Assembly: GCA_000934665.2 (NCBI GenBank)
Contig: JYFJ02002791.1
Span: 1 to 50,691, forward strand
Direction: 5' to 3'
Source: Catajapyx aquilonaris
Lineage: Eukaryota
DNA length: 50,691 bases
Shown here piece after piece: positions 36,360 through 49,400 of this stretch. The notes below the pieces were generated by a model. It made no database searches and was not told where the DNA came from. It worked only from the letters and a program-made list of their open reading frames with translations. How positions within the stretch are numbered: position 1 is the first letter of the stretch; each line of letters opens with the position of its first letter. Position numbers and translations under genes: made by a program.

Positions 36360-37858
36360 TACAACTAATCCGCAATTTCTTTGTCAGAAACTCGCATTGT
36401 GTAACTGCCTAGAGCCAAACTAATATTTCCTGCTCCAGTTGCCCCCCATATACAATATAAGCCCATGCTATACGTTGTTTCCGCAAGAGTTGCCGTAACT
36501 TATAGGCAATAACTGCGCACAGATATTTGAACATCCGGTGTTTTTTTCCAAGAAGAAAGGTCCTAATGATGCCACAATAAACTAGATCGGTATCGACAGG
36601 ATGGCGTACGTGCAAAGATAATAATGGCCCTAGAATAAGGACGAATCCATGTCTTGTTTTTCTGATCTTGACACCAGATGTCCTCAAAAAAGTAGGTCTG
36701 GCCCTTGACAATTTGATCACAAACGATCTATAGAACACTGTATATGATTCACCAAAAAAATATTGGTCTCACGAGAAATTTTCATAAGGAATTTAAAAAA
36801 AAGTGTGTTGCATGTAATGAGGGTGAAATATCAGGCAGGTCACGGTCTCTGCTCAATACAATGAACTTTACCCTGTGGAATCCAACGTCCTGTAAAGCTC
36901 TGTCTAGGGCATTGCGTTTCTGAGCATAATATATGAAAACATCATACAACGTCAGTGTTAATTGGCACTCTAAAATTACGAGGTCTATTTCTGGAACTGG
37001 CAATGTGACCTGACCTGTACCCCTTGAGGCAGAAATGGAAGCGCCCGTGCTGTTAGGATGCTGCTCTGCTGCCTTTCCTTTCGACCCCTCTTCTCTTGTG
37101 TGCTTTCTCATTACCTCAGCTAATCAATGCGACACTTCAACCTCCATCTATACATTGAAAATATGTCATGTTCTGATTACATTTTTCAATTTGAAAATTA
37201 CAAAACATGCAGGCAATTTAACATGCCAGAATAAAATTGCTCTAAAGACACTTTCAAAATTATTTCTAAAATTTACCTATTAAATCCCGTTAACGCGCGA
37301 ATTTATAGCTTGTGTAAGCAGCGTTCTTAGCTTGCTAAAGCAGCCCTTCAAAATGATATTGGGTGCCAATATCTGAAATCCGGATTATGGTAATTCTTCG
37401 AAAACGAACCTTGGGAGTTGTGTACCCAGATGTAGAATATTCAGTTCTGAAATCCTAGATCAAAGTTAAGTCGGAACGAAAAGTTTTGGGGGGATCCGAT
37501 TCAGAACTTTGTGGTTCGAATTAAGGCCGACTCTGCATTTGAGCCGAAACCCTCTCCAGACGGGGGGCGCATATAATTTATTTAATAGCAGAAATATACC
37601 GTCTACCTGGCATTAGTAAACCTGAGAACTGCAAACTTGTAATTATTTCAGCAGATTAAATCTGGTTGATTTTGTACAGCTCATTAAACTATAATCGACC
37701 CAGATGTTGCATATGTATGCACATTGCACACAGAGTCCATAATTAGCTTGCGGTGGTTTGCAATCCTAATTCACCTTTAAAAAAAGTGAACAAAATTGTT
37801 TTATAATCCTCTCTGGGCACCACAGTGTTTCAGATAGGAATGCAAACGAGCAATCTCA

Positions 37859-38435
37859 CAAGGGAAGGTCACGGGGTGATAATGACGGATCTTGATGAAA
37901 TTTAACATGCTAATACACGACAATATATGATACCCAAAAATGAAATATTTCGTGCGGGGGCCCATATTTGCAAAAGTTATGACGTCTTGAAGTTCCAAAA
38001 ATAATACATTTTCATTCATAATGGGATTACATTAGCGACCACATATAATGACATTGAAGTGTGTAATCAGTTTCTACACTTTTTCTCATCGGAAAAAAGT
38101 CCTACAGAACGGCTCTGTCCGTCCGTCCGTCTGTGGACAGGTATCAAGGCCTAAACCGTAAGAGATACAGAGCCGTTATGTAGGACTTTTTTCCGATGAG
38201 ACAAAGTGTAGAAACTGATTACACACTTCAATGTGGTCTTATATGTGGTCGCTAATGTAATCCCATTACGAACTCAATGAAAATGATTTTTTTTTTGGAA
38301 CTTTAAGACGTCATAACTTTTGCAAATATGGGCCTCCACATGAAATATTTCATTTTTGGGTATCATATATTGTCCTGTATTAGCATGTTAAATTTCATCA
38401 AGATCCGTCATTATCACCCTGTGACCTTCCCTTTG
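37859..38435. mobile_element. 577-bp foldback element (CAAGGGAAGGTCAC termini), TCA TSD
   Basis: Arms of about 260 bp, central (GTCC)n spacer, TCA on both flanks; second copy at 50254. Confidence 0.93.
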
Positions 38436-40562
38436 TCAGTATCTGCTCCCTGCGTGGTGTACCTGATGGGGTTTTCCACTGGGTTAGTTCCTACTTGGAA
38501 ACTAGTTCCATGCAATAGTAAAACGGAGGTGCAAGACAGGCCAGGTTCCTTGATGAAGTCAGGTTTCCTCAATCATACGTTGTGTAATAAGCTGTACCCA
38601 GAGAGGCCCTTTATTGGCCCCCCATTTCTCCGCGGGAAATCCCCGAGCCTCTTCTCTATGATTACCCATCAGCCATTTTACCACATGTCAATTTGCCTCC
38701 ATTTCGCTTGGCCGACCCGTTTGGGTCAGATATGCCGAAAGGGCTTCGGGGATTGCGGCCTGATGCACTAGGGGGCGTAGCTCCCGGGTGGGAATAGGGT
38801 TCGCCAACAGTACTTTTTTGGCTAGAGAACGGATGTGATGATGGGTCCTATGTTTTCAAGGGTGATAAAGGGGTTTTAAAAAAATACACAGTTTAGATTA
38901 CAGTTTGGAAAGAGATAAACAATGCAGTGGTTTGATAGAATCTATGAGCTCAAAATTGGTCCTATCCCTTTTTTTAAAGGGTGGAAACGCTCTAGAGAAA
39001 GCACATTCGGATATGACTATAGCGCAATAAATATCTTGGAAGCTTGCGGAATTCGTGATATGATGCTGCAGATTCCATTCTCGCTAATATCAGCTGGCAG
39101 AAAAGATAGCAGAAAATGAAGAACCACAGGAAAAGACCAAAACGATCTCTTTCTTCTTCTTCTTTTTTTGATTTTTTTTTTTGCTTTTTTGCCTTTTTTT
39201 TTTGTAAAAGAGAAGGAAGGGAAATATAGTGGGTTGGACAATAATGGATCGGAACAAGTACGAAGTAGAATTACCGGGAGGAAAACCAGGTTTCGTGGAA
39301 GATGAAAGTCAAGGGGCTTCAATGGATTTGGGGGAACGAGCGGTAAATTCGCTCTGATCTTCTCAAAAAAAGTATCGTCTGATCAATACCTGGAACCTTC
39401 TGTAGAATTCTTTTCTTCGTTCCTCCCCACGAGATTCTGACTCAGCGAGTTTCTAGGTTGCCGCTGGCCTCCGGAAATACTCTAAAGGGGTGGCATTTAA
39501 ATTGCTAAAAAAAAGGGGGGGGGGGGTTCCATATAACGAGCCTTACAATGCCGGGATCAGAAACCACATGGCATACTGGAATTAACATGGACCGGAATTA
39601 ATTTTAAGTTTGAGACATCTGCATTGGCTTCACAACCTGAATGTGGAAATTGGCATGATGCAAATTCGTCAACATGGTACCGGATACAGCTTAAATCAGG
39701 TCCTAAGCCGATCTTAAAGCCTGTCTGAAAATCTTTCGTCCTCAGTCTCTACTAGTCAAACAATGAGCTTTTGGGTTATTTACAAGTTGATAGTACCAGG
39801 GCGAAATATTGTCGCTTTAGAGGTCATTTAATATTGATGACAGGTTTCGGATCGAAAACCTGCCGTCTTGAACGGAAGTTGGGTCTAGGGATCAACAGGT
39901 TGGCATAAGAAATGATAGCGTTCCGGAAATTGAGAATGGGAATAACAAAAAAAAAAAAACATTGTTTCTCTCTTTTTTTAAGCTTCGTTCATTTGGATCG
40001 ATTTTTGTTCCTAGACCACCTAACAAGCTCTATCCCCTTCAAAGCCGGAGTGAAACGGACCTCCAACGCTCAAAATCGGATGGGAAACTGAAGAATAATT
40101 CACCTGAGCGTACATTGATTTTACTTTCTAATCATGGGTAGGTAACAAGTAATCCGAGTGCACAAAAACACGACGTGGGATGTTTGACAAAGGTACGCAT
40201 TGCGTTGTTCCGATCAGTACATGTAAAAAAACAAAACAAACAACTACAAAATAACTGACGTTTCAGGTATCCTCTGTTTGAAACAAAATTGGGGGCTTGC
40301 TTTGGATTTATTGTTTCCGTTCCACAAGTAGTATCCCAGAGGTTTCGACCCTTAGCTTACATGGTATGCTATCATAAAAAGAAACGAGACGAGCCGAAGG
40401 CTGCGAAACTTTGATAGCAGTTTTCATGAGGTTATGTGGGTTGCTCGAGTGCTGAGAAGGAAAGAGAATGAAGGCAGAAGGATAACTTTGTGAAGCTTTT
40501 ACGATCTAGCGTGCTCTTGTCAAGGTGCGTATAGAAAATAAGAGATGCAAAGGCAGATTCTA

Positions 40563-41002
40563 CAGGGTGTATCCGAACTCTACCGTAAGCCATATGCCAA
40601 TGGCGTAATGGTCAGCAGATGATCATTTACAGTATCGGAATCATAGGCCTGGGCCGCCGCATGATCGAGATAATTGACCTCAACCAATAGGTATAAAATA
40701 TCCTGGCAGGTATGCAAACCTTCAGCCGCCAATCACATCACAGGTGAAGGTCGCAGCTATTTNNNNNNGGGGGGGCTACTGCCACACTGCTATTGGGGTA
40801 GTCACTAAGGGCTCTTAGAATGCAGTCCCCCCAGATGCACGCTATTCTACAATCACGCTTAAGCGCAATCGCTACTTCGCAAATGATCAATTATCTACGT
40901 GATGTGGCTGCCTAGACATGATGACCCCTCTACATATAATGATGCTCTGGTGCCCCTTATGCCATTGGTACATGGCTTATGGTAGAGTTCCGATACACCA
41001 TG
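40563..41002. mobile_element. mariner-type MITE (CAGGGTG end)
   Basis: TA|CAGGGTGTATCCGAACTCTACCGTAAGCCAT ... ATGGCTTATGGTAGAGTTCCGATACACCATG|TA; contains the N run at 40763-40768. Confidence 0.8.
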
Positions 41003-42314
41003 TAGAAGATGTTGTAAGTAATGTTATATAGCACATAACCTCTGCTCAACAAGTACACACTCTCTAGAAGAATGCTACTCTAGCTAAATATTAGTTTATT
41101 CACACTGCATTACAACCGTACGTTAGCGTACGTTAGCGTAAGCAGCTTCATCCTGCAAGTTAGCTAACCTATCAGCCTCTTTTGCATTACATAATGCCCA
41201 CCTTACAGGCGCTACACCATACCACAGTTGCGATGGTCCTACTTTTTGCCCACAACAGTACAGTACAGTACCATCTCTTTTGTAACATCCCTTCGTGCTG
41301 CTTCACATTCATAAAACGAGCCATATCTTCCGCCCCAAAAGTTAGCCGGGGTTATGAATGAAAGCATGTTGCCTGCAGCGTAGTTATGGAGTTGTTGGAA
41401 AGGAATATAAGTTTTTTGAGATTGCAGCCACATAACTAGAGTCCCAAGCAACTGCTGGCTTGAGCGAGTATAGCTCAAGAAAACAGACTCAAAACGCCTG
41501 AGGAGAATTCCACAGCGGCTCTCATGTTCGTCCCTGTGATTTATACCCTCACGGGACCCATGTTCGATCTGGACGAAAAGCAAGGGAGAGAAAAAAAAAA
41601 ACTTCCATCCTTGATCTCTATCAAGATATACTCGCAATCATTATATTTTTCTATATAACCAGCAGACACATGATATTTCAATTATATGTTTTTTTATATA
41701 AAACCACGCCCTATTATTTATTTTGACACCTTTTGTAAGAAGGTTGATGACTCTGATAATGAGCGACATCAAAACGTGCGTGATGGTTTAACCCTCCACT
41801 TTCATTAGATTGCAAAGTGCTCACGCGATATCATTTAATCAATGTTGTTATTACTCTAGGGACACAATCATTAACTCATGTTTCTCATCTCCTGTAACTA
41901 ACGCGGATCCTATTCAGTTTAAATACGCTGATCAGGTACTTGTTTACCGCCAATTCCGAAGGACAAGACTATTCGGTGCAAGGTCACTCATAAACAGTAC
42001 AGGTAACATTTTTTTTTACGTATACTAAATCTAATTTGTATCACTCTCCGTATCATTATAAATCTCTTTGATGCAACTCAATTATAGAAGGTGCTGAACA
42101 GCAGCTTAAAAAGTAGAACTGCTATAAGGCCATATCTAAGCATGTCATGCACATCTGCTCCCATTGGCAAGTGCCGACATTATACACGTTCGGTCTACCC
42201 TCGAGGATAATAAAGGTCAAAGGAAAACGCGGCTTGGTTCTGCTCTAACCCTCTTGAACGAGTCGGAAAATTGAGATGCAGCTAGTTTGGATTTTGCAAT
42301 TCGAATAATGTACA

Positions 42315-42669
42315 CTAGGCACCAACTTACCAAAATTTGGCAAAAAATTTGGCAAAAGTGCGAAAGTGGAGAGAGAGAAAGAGACCCGCACCAGGCAGCA
42401 GCATCGAAGCGACATCCGACGGTGAAGTGCAGAAGTAAGCCCCAGGAGGTGGCGCCCGGAACGACGGAAATGGGAATTCCGTGGAAAGGCCGCGGTCGGT
42501 TTCCCCCACCTTTTTTTGAGTTTTACAAAGTCCCTCGGCACCGTTTCCAAATAACAAAAGTGGTTTGCATGTATAGAAAACACGGGCAAAATTTTGACAC
42601 CACTCCCAAAGCTGTAGGCCGTACGGTGCGGGAGGAGTTGCCATGACAGTCGGCTTTTAATAATATAGA
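42315..42669 (-). mobile_element. Non-autonomous Helitron
   Basis: Reverse strand A|TCTATATTATTAAAAGCCG ... hairpin TTGCCAAATTTTGGTAA .. CTAG|T: canonical TC and CTAG ends inserted into an AT dinucleotide. Confidence 0.75.
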
Positions 42670-43757
42670 TGATTCACAAGTCGGGTTATAATGTGCCCGT
42701 CATATCAACATTTCCAATAAATTTTCTCATTTTTGAGTGATACATTTACCTCCGAAATACCATAAGAATGTTGCTTATCTTTATTAGCCAATAGAAAAGC
42801 CGTACAGAAGGTTAGCCCGCTTCCAATCTACTTGATTGGCTAGCGGATACGCCAGCGGTCCACATTTCCACCGATACGGATCTGCCCTGACTTTCGGGGA
42901 CCACTGTTTGTGCAAGAATGGCGGAAGGGAAATCACAAGTCGCAGGGAATGAATGGCCTTAAGTGAGCGGAATAATGCCATCACGTGTGTGCCAAAAAGC
43001 CTAGAATTCGCGGGGAAGGGATCTCTTTCTTCTATTTATGCTCCAAATCCCTGGCAAATCCGATTAAAATACGGCCATTGAAATGGAAAGAGAGTGGAAT
43101 AAGTGCATAGATCACTCGAGGGAAAAAGCGGGCATGAAAAAGGCATTGCAAACAAGGTGGAAAATTGTAACTTATGATGGATAGGGTGCTGTCAAATCAA
43201 TATTCACAATCTTCAAATTTTTCAGCCAAAAAAGGGACAAACGGCTATTCTAATCACAGATATCCGGAAACGAACAAATTTTCAATGACCAATTACGACT
43301 CTAAATCATTAAAAAGTGTTCATATAGAAACCGAAAGTGTATTCAGACTATGATTGGAAATTCGCTTCCCAAACTCTCTACACTTCTTCCAATCATAACT
43401 ATGAATGGAACCTATATCGGGAGAGTGTACCCTAGAGATATTTTTCCTTCATTTTTTTTGGCAATCTGAGGGTAACTCGCTTTTATAGCTTCCGGCCCCA
43501 CTATGTTACGACATCGACGTCATTCGATGCATTGGATTTTGCGGGTTTTCCAAGTTCGGATGTTTTCCTGCGGGGCAATCAAAATGCGCGGCTTTAATAT
43601 CCTGCTGGCGGATTTTCACTATCGACCTTCTATTTCCTCGAGGTTCGCGGCCACCCTATCCACTCACTGGATTATTTCCGTTCAAAACTACTTTACCCAC
43701 ACCCCAAAGATTTTCAGAGATTTCAGCAAATTGTTGTCAATAATCATATGCGCAATA

Positions 43758-44075
43758 GGGAATTTACGTTTCCTACGTTTCCAATATGGAATCTACGTTT
43801 CCTACGTTTTCTACGTTTCCAATATGGAATCTACGCGTTTCCTACGTTTCCAATATGGAATCTACGTTTCCTACGTTTCCAATATGGAATCTACGTTTCC
43901 TACGTTTTCTACGTTTCCAATATGGAATCTACGCGTTTCCTACGTTTCCAATATGGAATCTACGCGTTTCCTACGTTTCCAATATGGAATCTACGTTTCC
44001 TACGTTTCCTACGTTTCCAATATGGAATCTACGTTTCCTACGTTTCCTACGTTTCCAATAGGGAATCTACGTGTT
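43758..44075. repeat. Compound minisatellite (CTACGTTTC units interspersed with CAATATGGAAT)
   Basis: About 320 bp of 9-nt and 20-nt units in variable order. Confidence 0.95.
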
Positions 44076-44088
44076 TTTGAACGTAGTA

Positions 44089-44268
44089 CCGTCAATTGGG
44101 GTGCGATTGTGCCAACGCATTTTTGGACAACAGTGCGCCCTACTGGCAGTAAGCGAATTTAGGCTGTCAATGACGAGTAAAATTCACGATAGGGCGCACT
44201 GTTGTTCCCCCAAAAAATGCGATGGCATAATCTCACCCCACCTGGCACAATCTCACCCAAATTAACGA
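44089..44268. mobile_element. TA-flanked pogo-like MITE
   Basis: TA|CCGTCAATTGGGGTGCGATTGTGCCA ... TGGCACAATCTCACCCAAATTAACGA|TA, with inner inverted ACAACAGTGCGCCCTA. Confidence 0.8.
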
Positions 44269-45848
44269 TATTTTTCCACCCTGACACAAACCGACCTTAA
44301 GTGCCATTACTGTGATTGTATCTATATATTTTCAGTTTTGGAGCCAACTCTTTGCCGGATCATTAGGTCCGCAATCAGGAGTTATATGGACAGTACTAAT
44401 CGCACTGCAACCGAGGCAGGGTGAGTTCCGAAATGAAATAGCCAGACTTTGGTCTCACCATTAGACACTTTGAACTCCAGTGAAGTCCGTTAAGTTGCGC
44501 AAAATCCGTCGTAATGCTCTAATCGACCGAGGGACAGATTAAGGGAGACGGAAGAAAAGGTTCCGGAAAATCAAAGGGAGAAGAGGACAAAAAGAGAAGA
44601 GGAAAGTTACTTCATCCAGGTGACTTTGACGCTAAGCACGTCTGGAGGATCACTGGCTAAATCAGGGATTAACTGGACATGCCCCAGACATTATCATAAT
44701 TAAATCACTGTTTTCATGCAATTTGGGCCCGCGCTGAATAGGGCCTCGTTACATTTGCAACAATTAGTCTCTGTTTTTGCTCTTGGTTTTTGCAATTTCA
44801 CAGTTTGTACTATACGTTTGGTCAGTAGTGAGGGCTTTTAATTTAGTGTCAAATTAAGGTTCACCTGTTTTGAAACGAGGCGACCTACAAAATAGAAACA
44901 GGAAGAGATTGTGATTACGTAACATCAGTTATGACAAAATCAAATGGAAACAATTTGACAGCCATTGTCGTTTCAATCAAAGCGATTGATAAAAAAATTC
45001 AATAGAGTCAATCCATGCAAACATTTCTGATCGACTCTTAATGTTGTCACAAGTTGCATGAAAGCAAATCTGATTATGTATTGTGAATACATAAATATAA
45101 AAGTGCATTTTACCTCATTTGCTTTCATACAACCGGCTCTTTGAGCATTATTAGTATCATTAATGACTCCAAAGTTCACGCAATAAATGTGCTATCTGAT
45201 TTAAAGAATAGCAACAATAACAATGGATACTTACAATGCTTAGGAGCTGAATCAGATGCACTTCTGTTCTTGATTGGTCAGCAGCACCAAAGTAAGTGGC
45301 AGTTAAATAGGAAGAGTGATAGTCGAGGTCCAGATGCAGACTCCTGAATACAGCGTCTGGTCCGCCGGAGTTTTCAGCCCGTAAAAACCGATCCCGAGCC
45401 GAAGAGACTCGCGCAGAGACTCACACCCCATCCCCCCATCCCTTAACTCCACCCACACTACACTTCAAACATCGGCGATCTTCCGTAATTTTCATTTCCA
45501 GCGGGCCTGACTCCAACGGAGAGACTCATTACTGGAAAGGTCAATGGACGTAGATTTGCGAGAGACAGGAATAAGAAGAAAAAAAATTGAGGACCTAGTC
45601 TAGATTTGGCCTATATGATGCAAACGACTGGAACTGATTACTTTGCAGAAGTAGGTGAATTAAGTATGAGATTTCACACCTTGATGTCATTGTATTAACA
45701 AACTGTACTGTACCAGAAAAGCACCAGGGTTTCTGTGGGTGGTTGCGCAGAAAATATACCGTACTAACCGTACCATAGGTGAAGACGTAGAGGTGTGTGG
45801 GGTTGCGCATTTAAACATTAGAGGTACCATAGTAAATGAATGTAATAT

Positions 45849-45919
45849 CCCACCAAAAACCTTTCTGTAAAAAAAGGCCAAGTTCTCCTGACTGCTTGGC
45901 CGTCAAAAGTGGTGAGATC
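45849..45919 (+). repeat. Second copy of the dispersed repeat at 27645
   Basis: CCCACCAAAAAC.TTTCTGTAAAAAAA.GCCAAGTTCTCCTGACTGCTTGGCCGT.AAAAGTGGTGAG. Confidence 0.8.
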
Positions 45920-45984
45920 TGAAATACGGCCAAGTTCAACGTCGTACTCATTACTGGAATTCTCATAATATACGGAGTTTCGAT

Positions 45985-46035
45985 ATCCATGTTCTTGTGG
46001 GTTTTCTCTGGGTTCGTCCTGTTTCCTCCCATAAT
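45985..46035 (+). mobile_element. SINE V-domain fragment
   Basis: TCCATGTTCTTGTGGGTTTTCTCTGGGTTCGTCCTGTTTCCTCCCA. Confidence 0.6.
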
Positions 46036-46454
46036 AATTAAAAAAAAAATGATCATCCCCTCTTGCCCCGGCCTATGCCAGATAGCCTTATTGCTTTGGC
46101 TTCATCAATCAACTAAGAACCAACTAACCTGACCCATATGACCTTCATATGATTGAATGGTTCATATTCTTCAGACGCTATTTCACATAAGACAATAAGG
46201 ATTCACCAGACAATGCATGTCGGAGTAGTATAACTCTTGTAGGCTTCCACACGTATAGACACATTCTGCCCTTACTCGTAGAGTGCAGTTTACTCCATCG
46301 CCATCAAATAAAAGGCGAGTGAGCCAGTGAGATAATTTCTCTCACGAATTCGACACATTCATAAACAATACGAATTTTGGACTTAATGAGTGTATTTAGA
46401 ATTTTTTTGTGTGCACCTGATGGTGTCTTATCTAGCCATTGCTAGGTTGGCAAC

Positions 46455-49400
46455 TTAAGGGTGAGAGCCAGTTATGGCAACGCTTTGGAGTCTTTCCTGC
46501 ACAAATTTCTGGGCTACAGGATCCACTAGTTGGCGGAATCGCAATGCTAAGAAAGAAGGGTCGATGACACCGTCTTTGTTTCCGTGGGACAGGTGTTCCA
46601 CGATGAGCGGTACTGACATCTCGCTGGGACCCAGATCAGTCATGATTCCGGTTAGATCCTTTAGTGGTAGGATACACTCGCCCATGAATCCCCAACTGAA
46701 AGCAGTTCAAATAAGAATCAGTTATGGGGGGAAAAAATGTACACATGCGATCAGGTGCACCCTTACATTATTTTGTGATATACAGGGTGTAAATCCTAAG
46801 CGTGTCACCAGAAAAGGTGGTGGTAGAGGGCGTAGGTGTGAGCATTTCTGCATAAGGAACAAGGGGTCGGAAACGCACCCTCACCGAGTCACTCCGCCGC
46901 GTGCCGCACGCCTCTTGCACACTGCCTGCCGCTAACTTGAAAGAGGCGTAACTCGGTGAGGGTGCGTTTCTGACCCCTAGTTCCTTATGCACAAATGCTC
47001 ACACCTGCGCCCTCTACCACCACCTTTTCTGGTGACACGCTTAGGATTAACACCCTGTATAGGCTGTTGTACTTACTCCGAGTAAACTGTGACAAGCAAA
47101 GCCGATTCAGGTCGCTTCAAGGTGCAGCTCTGGGGAATGTAATATTGAAAGGTGCAACTTGTTAAGTTACTGATGGTTTCGGTAGAATCCCAAGTTCCGG
47201 TTTTATTGACCTGAAACTGTTAAATAAATTGAGCAAAAATGGTGAATGCAAAATTTTGGACTATCCTACTGCAAGTAACGTACAGTTATAAGCATAAAAT
47301 GACAAATACGAACCTTCGGAAAGTGTTTCTCTGGGATGAGCTTGACTGTGGCGTAGCAATTTTCAGCAGGCTCCAACTCCCGGACTTGAAATACGATGAC
47401 GGTCAATGTTTCGTGATGATACCACACTTTCACGTGCAGGGTTTTCGCAGTCGGACTATCTCCTAACAGCTGAAAAGACATTTTGTTTAAACTTTTTTTT
47501 TCTCTCCTCTTGGTACATCTCGCAACAAGAAGTTAATTCAGTGAATGTGGTTATTGTGGGCTAGAGGGTTTTGTATTAGTAGGCTATACAGTACAAATTA
47601 TTTCTGGAGCCAAAACATCTCGAAAATATCATGATGAAATTTCGCGACTTTATAGAATATATTATGCGCAGTAAGAGAATTGAGGAGATAAATGTTATGG
47701 TTGGATAATAGCAAATTTTTAGTTACCGCACTCAATATAGGTCTCTTTAGCAAATATTGGCACACGTGGAGTTACTAGAGATGCAAAAAAAAAATCACTT
47801 GTCGCTCCAATAACTATTCAAGCCACGTATTTTTGTTTGTCTTTGACGCTTAAGTAGAGCATGCATTATGATAACAAAATCCAGCACAAACTTCGAATTG
47901 CGAATACTAAAAATGGCATGGTGAATTATTATTGTCTGGAGTTGCAATTACGTAAAACCTTGAGATATATAAATTCGATTTAGAAACGTTTAATCCCAAT
48001 TAGCCTACGTTACATTGTGACAAACCAATACTATGTCATATTTTTCTTCCGATTTTGACGATTGAATTATAGAAATTACAACGTATTTAATTTGTTGCAC
48101 TGTAACATTATTTTGTCATTATGGTAATCCATAGAATGTTGGATGCATAGTTTGCATCTACCGTATAGTATCAGTTGCAGAAGGCATCCCTACCTCTGTC
48201 TTGAATATTTAAATATACCTGGGTGATTACAACAACCATACCAACCAACCATTACTGTTATTATTGTTAGCAATATTTTGAGATATTCATTAACTAAAAT
48301 TGACAGAAAGGGAACAAATACCTCATGGTTCTTCCTGAGGTTGGCGTAAAACATGTGAATCAAATCATCTGTGCTCATAAGTATGCATGTCAGAAGCTCC
48401 TGCATCTTTTCATACGCATCTGTATGCAAGAATCTGTCATCTTCTATCAATTTTCCAGTCGAGGCAAAAAAGCTGTAGAAAAGTGTCTGAAGTTTCGAGA
48501 GCATATTAGTCACGTAATATGTAGATATATGGAGCTCTTGTTCTTGGAACCTCCGAATAGAGCACTCATACAGTTTCATCTGGAGGATGTTCCATATCAT
48601 GACAATTATGCGATGAAAGTTCGCTGGAGACAGGGAGTCCTGAAACTTTCCTACGCGAATGCGCAGAAAGTTCATTAGCGGTTCCGTCGCTACCTCTGGC
48701 CTGTTGAACTTAATAAACAAGTCTATTGTCATTTCAACCAGGCTTGTGATATCGTGTTCTATCACCGACGATATTTTCAGGAACAACCTGTTCAGCACGG
48801 ATATCAAATGATTTGCTCCACTTTTTCTTTCTTCGTCAATTTGCTTCTTGCAGGACTCAGCAACTCGGGTGCCTTTGCACCTGTGATAATACATTCATTC
48901 ATATAAGTAATAATTATATTTTTACTCTAGATGAGACACATCAATAGTAATATCAGTCTGTTAATAGCGAAAATCAAGTAGGTTTTTGGTCTTACTACTT
49001 GTTAGTATACTGTAGTCTTATAGTACCGGTGTCAACAAGTAATTATTACTATATACGTACCATCGGTTTGCTGAAGTGCTAGATTTTCGTTATGCATATA
49101 CAGGGTGTTTCAACTTTTTTGTCCGAACAGTTATCGGAAAATCGCACGTAGCTGCTACTTTGTAAGCAGTGACTTGCAAACGGTGATTTTTCGGAGGAAC
49201 AGGGAATATTCCCTGCGAATCGTATAGGTTGAAGTGGAATACGTGCTGCCCGCTGAAAATTGAGGGTCAAGCCTGGAAAAAAGAGGGTCACACATGCCTT
49301 GGGATGTGTGACCCTCTTTTTCCCCCCATTTCCCATTCCTCCGACAAATCACCGGTTGTAAGTCACTGCTTACAAAGTAGCAGCTACGTGTAATTTTCCA

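Noticed and set aside
37801..38771. ORFs sharing KYFIFGYHILSCISMLNFIKIRHYHPVTFP
   Set aside because: Opposite arms of one foldback element
40763..40768. N runs here and at 15787 and 19323
   Set aside because: Assembly ambiguities next to G/C homopolymers, not biological features
43503..44162. 219-aa ORF and overlapping ORFs; CRISPR-like array
   Set aside because: These are translations of a stop-free minisatellite; there are no unique spacers or cas genes and the context is eukaryotic
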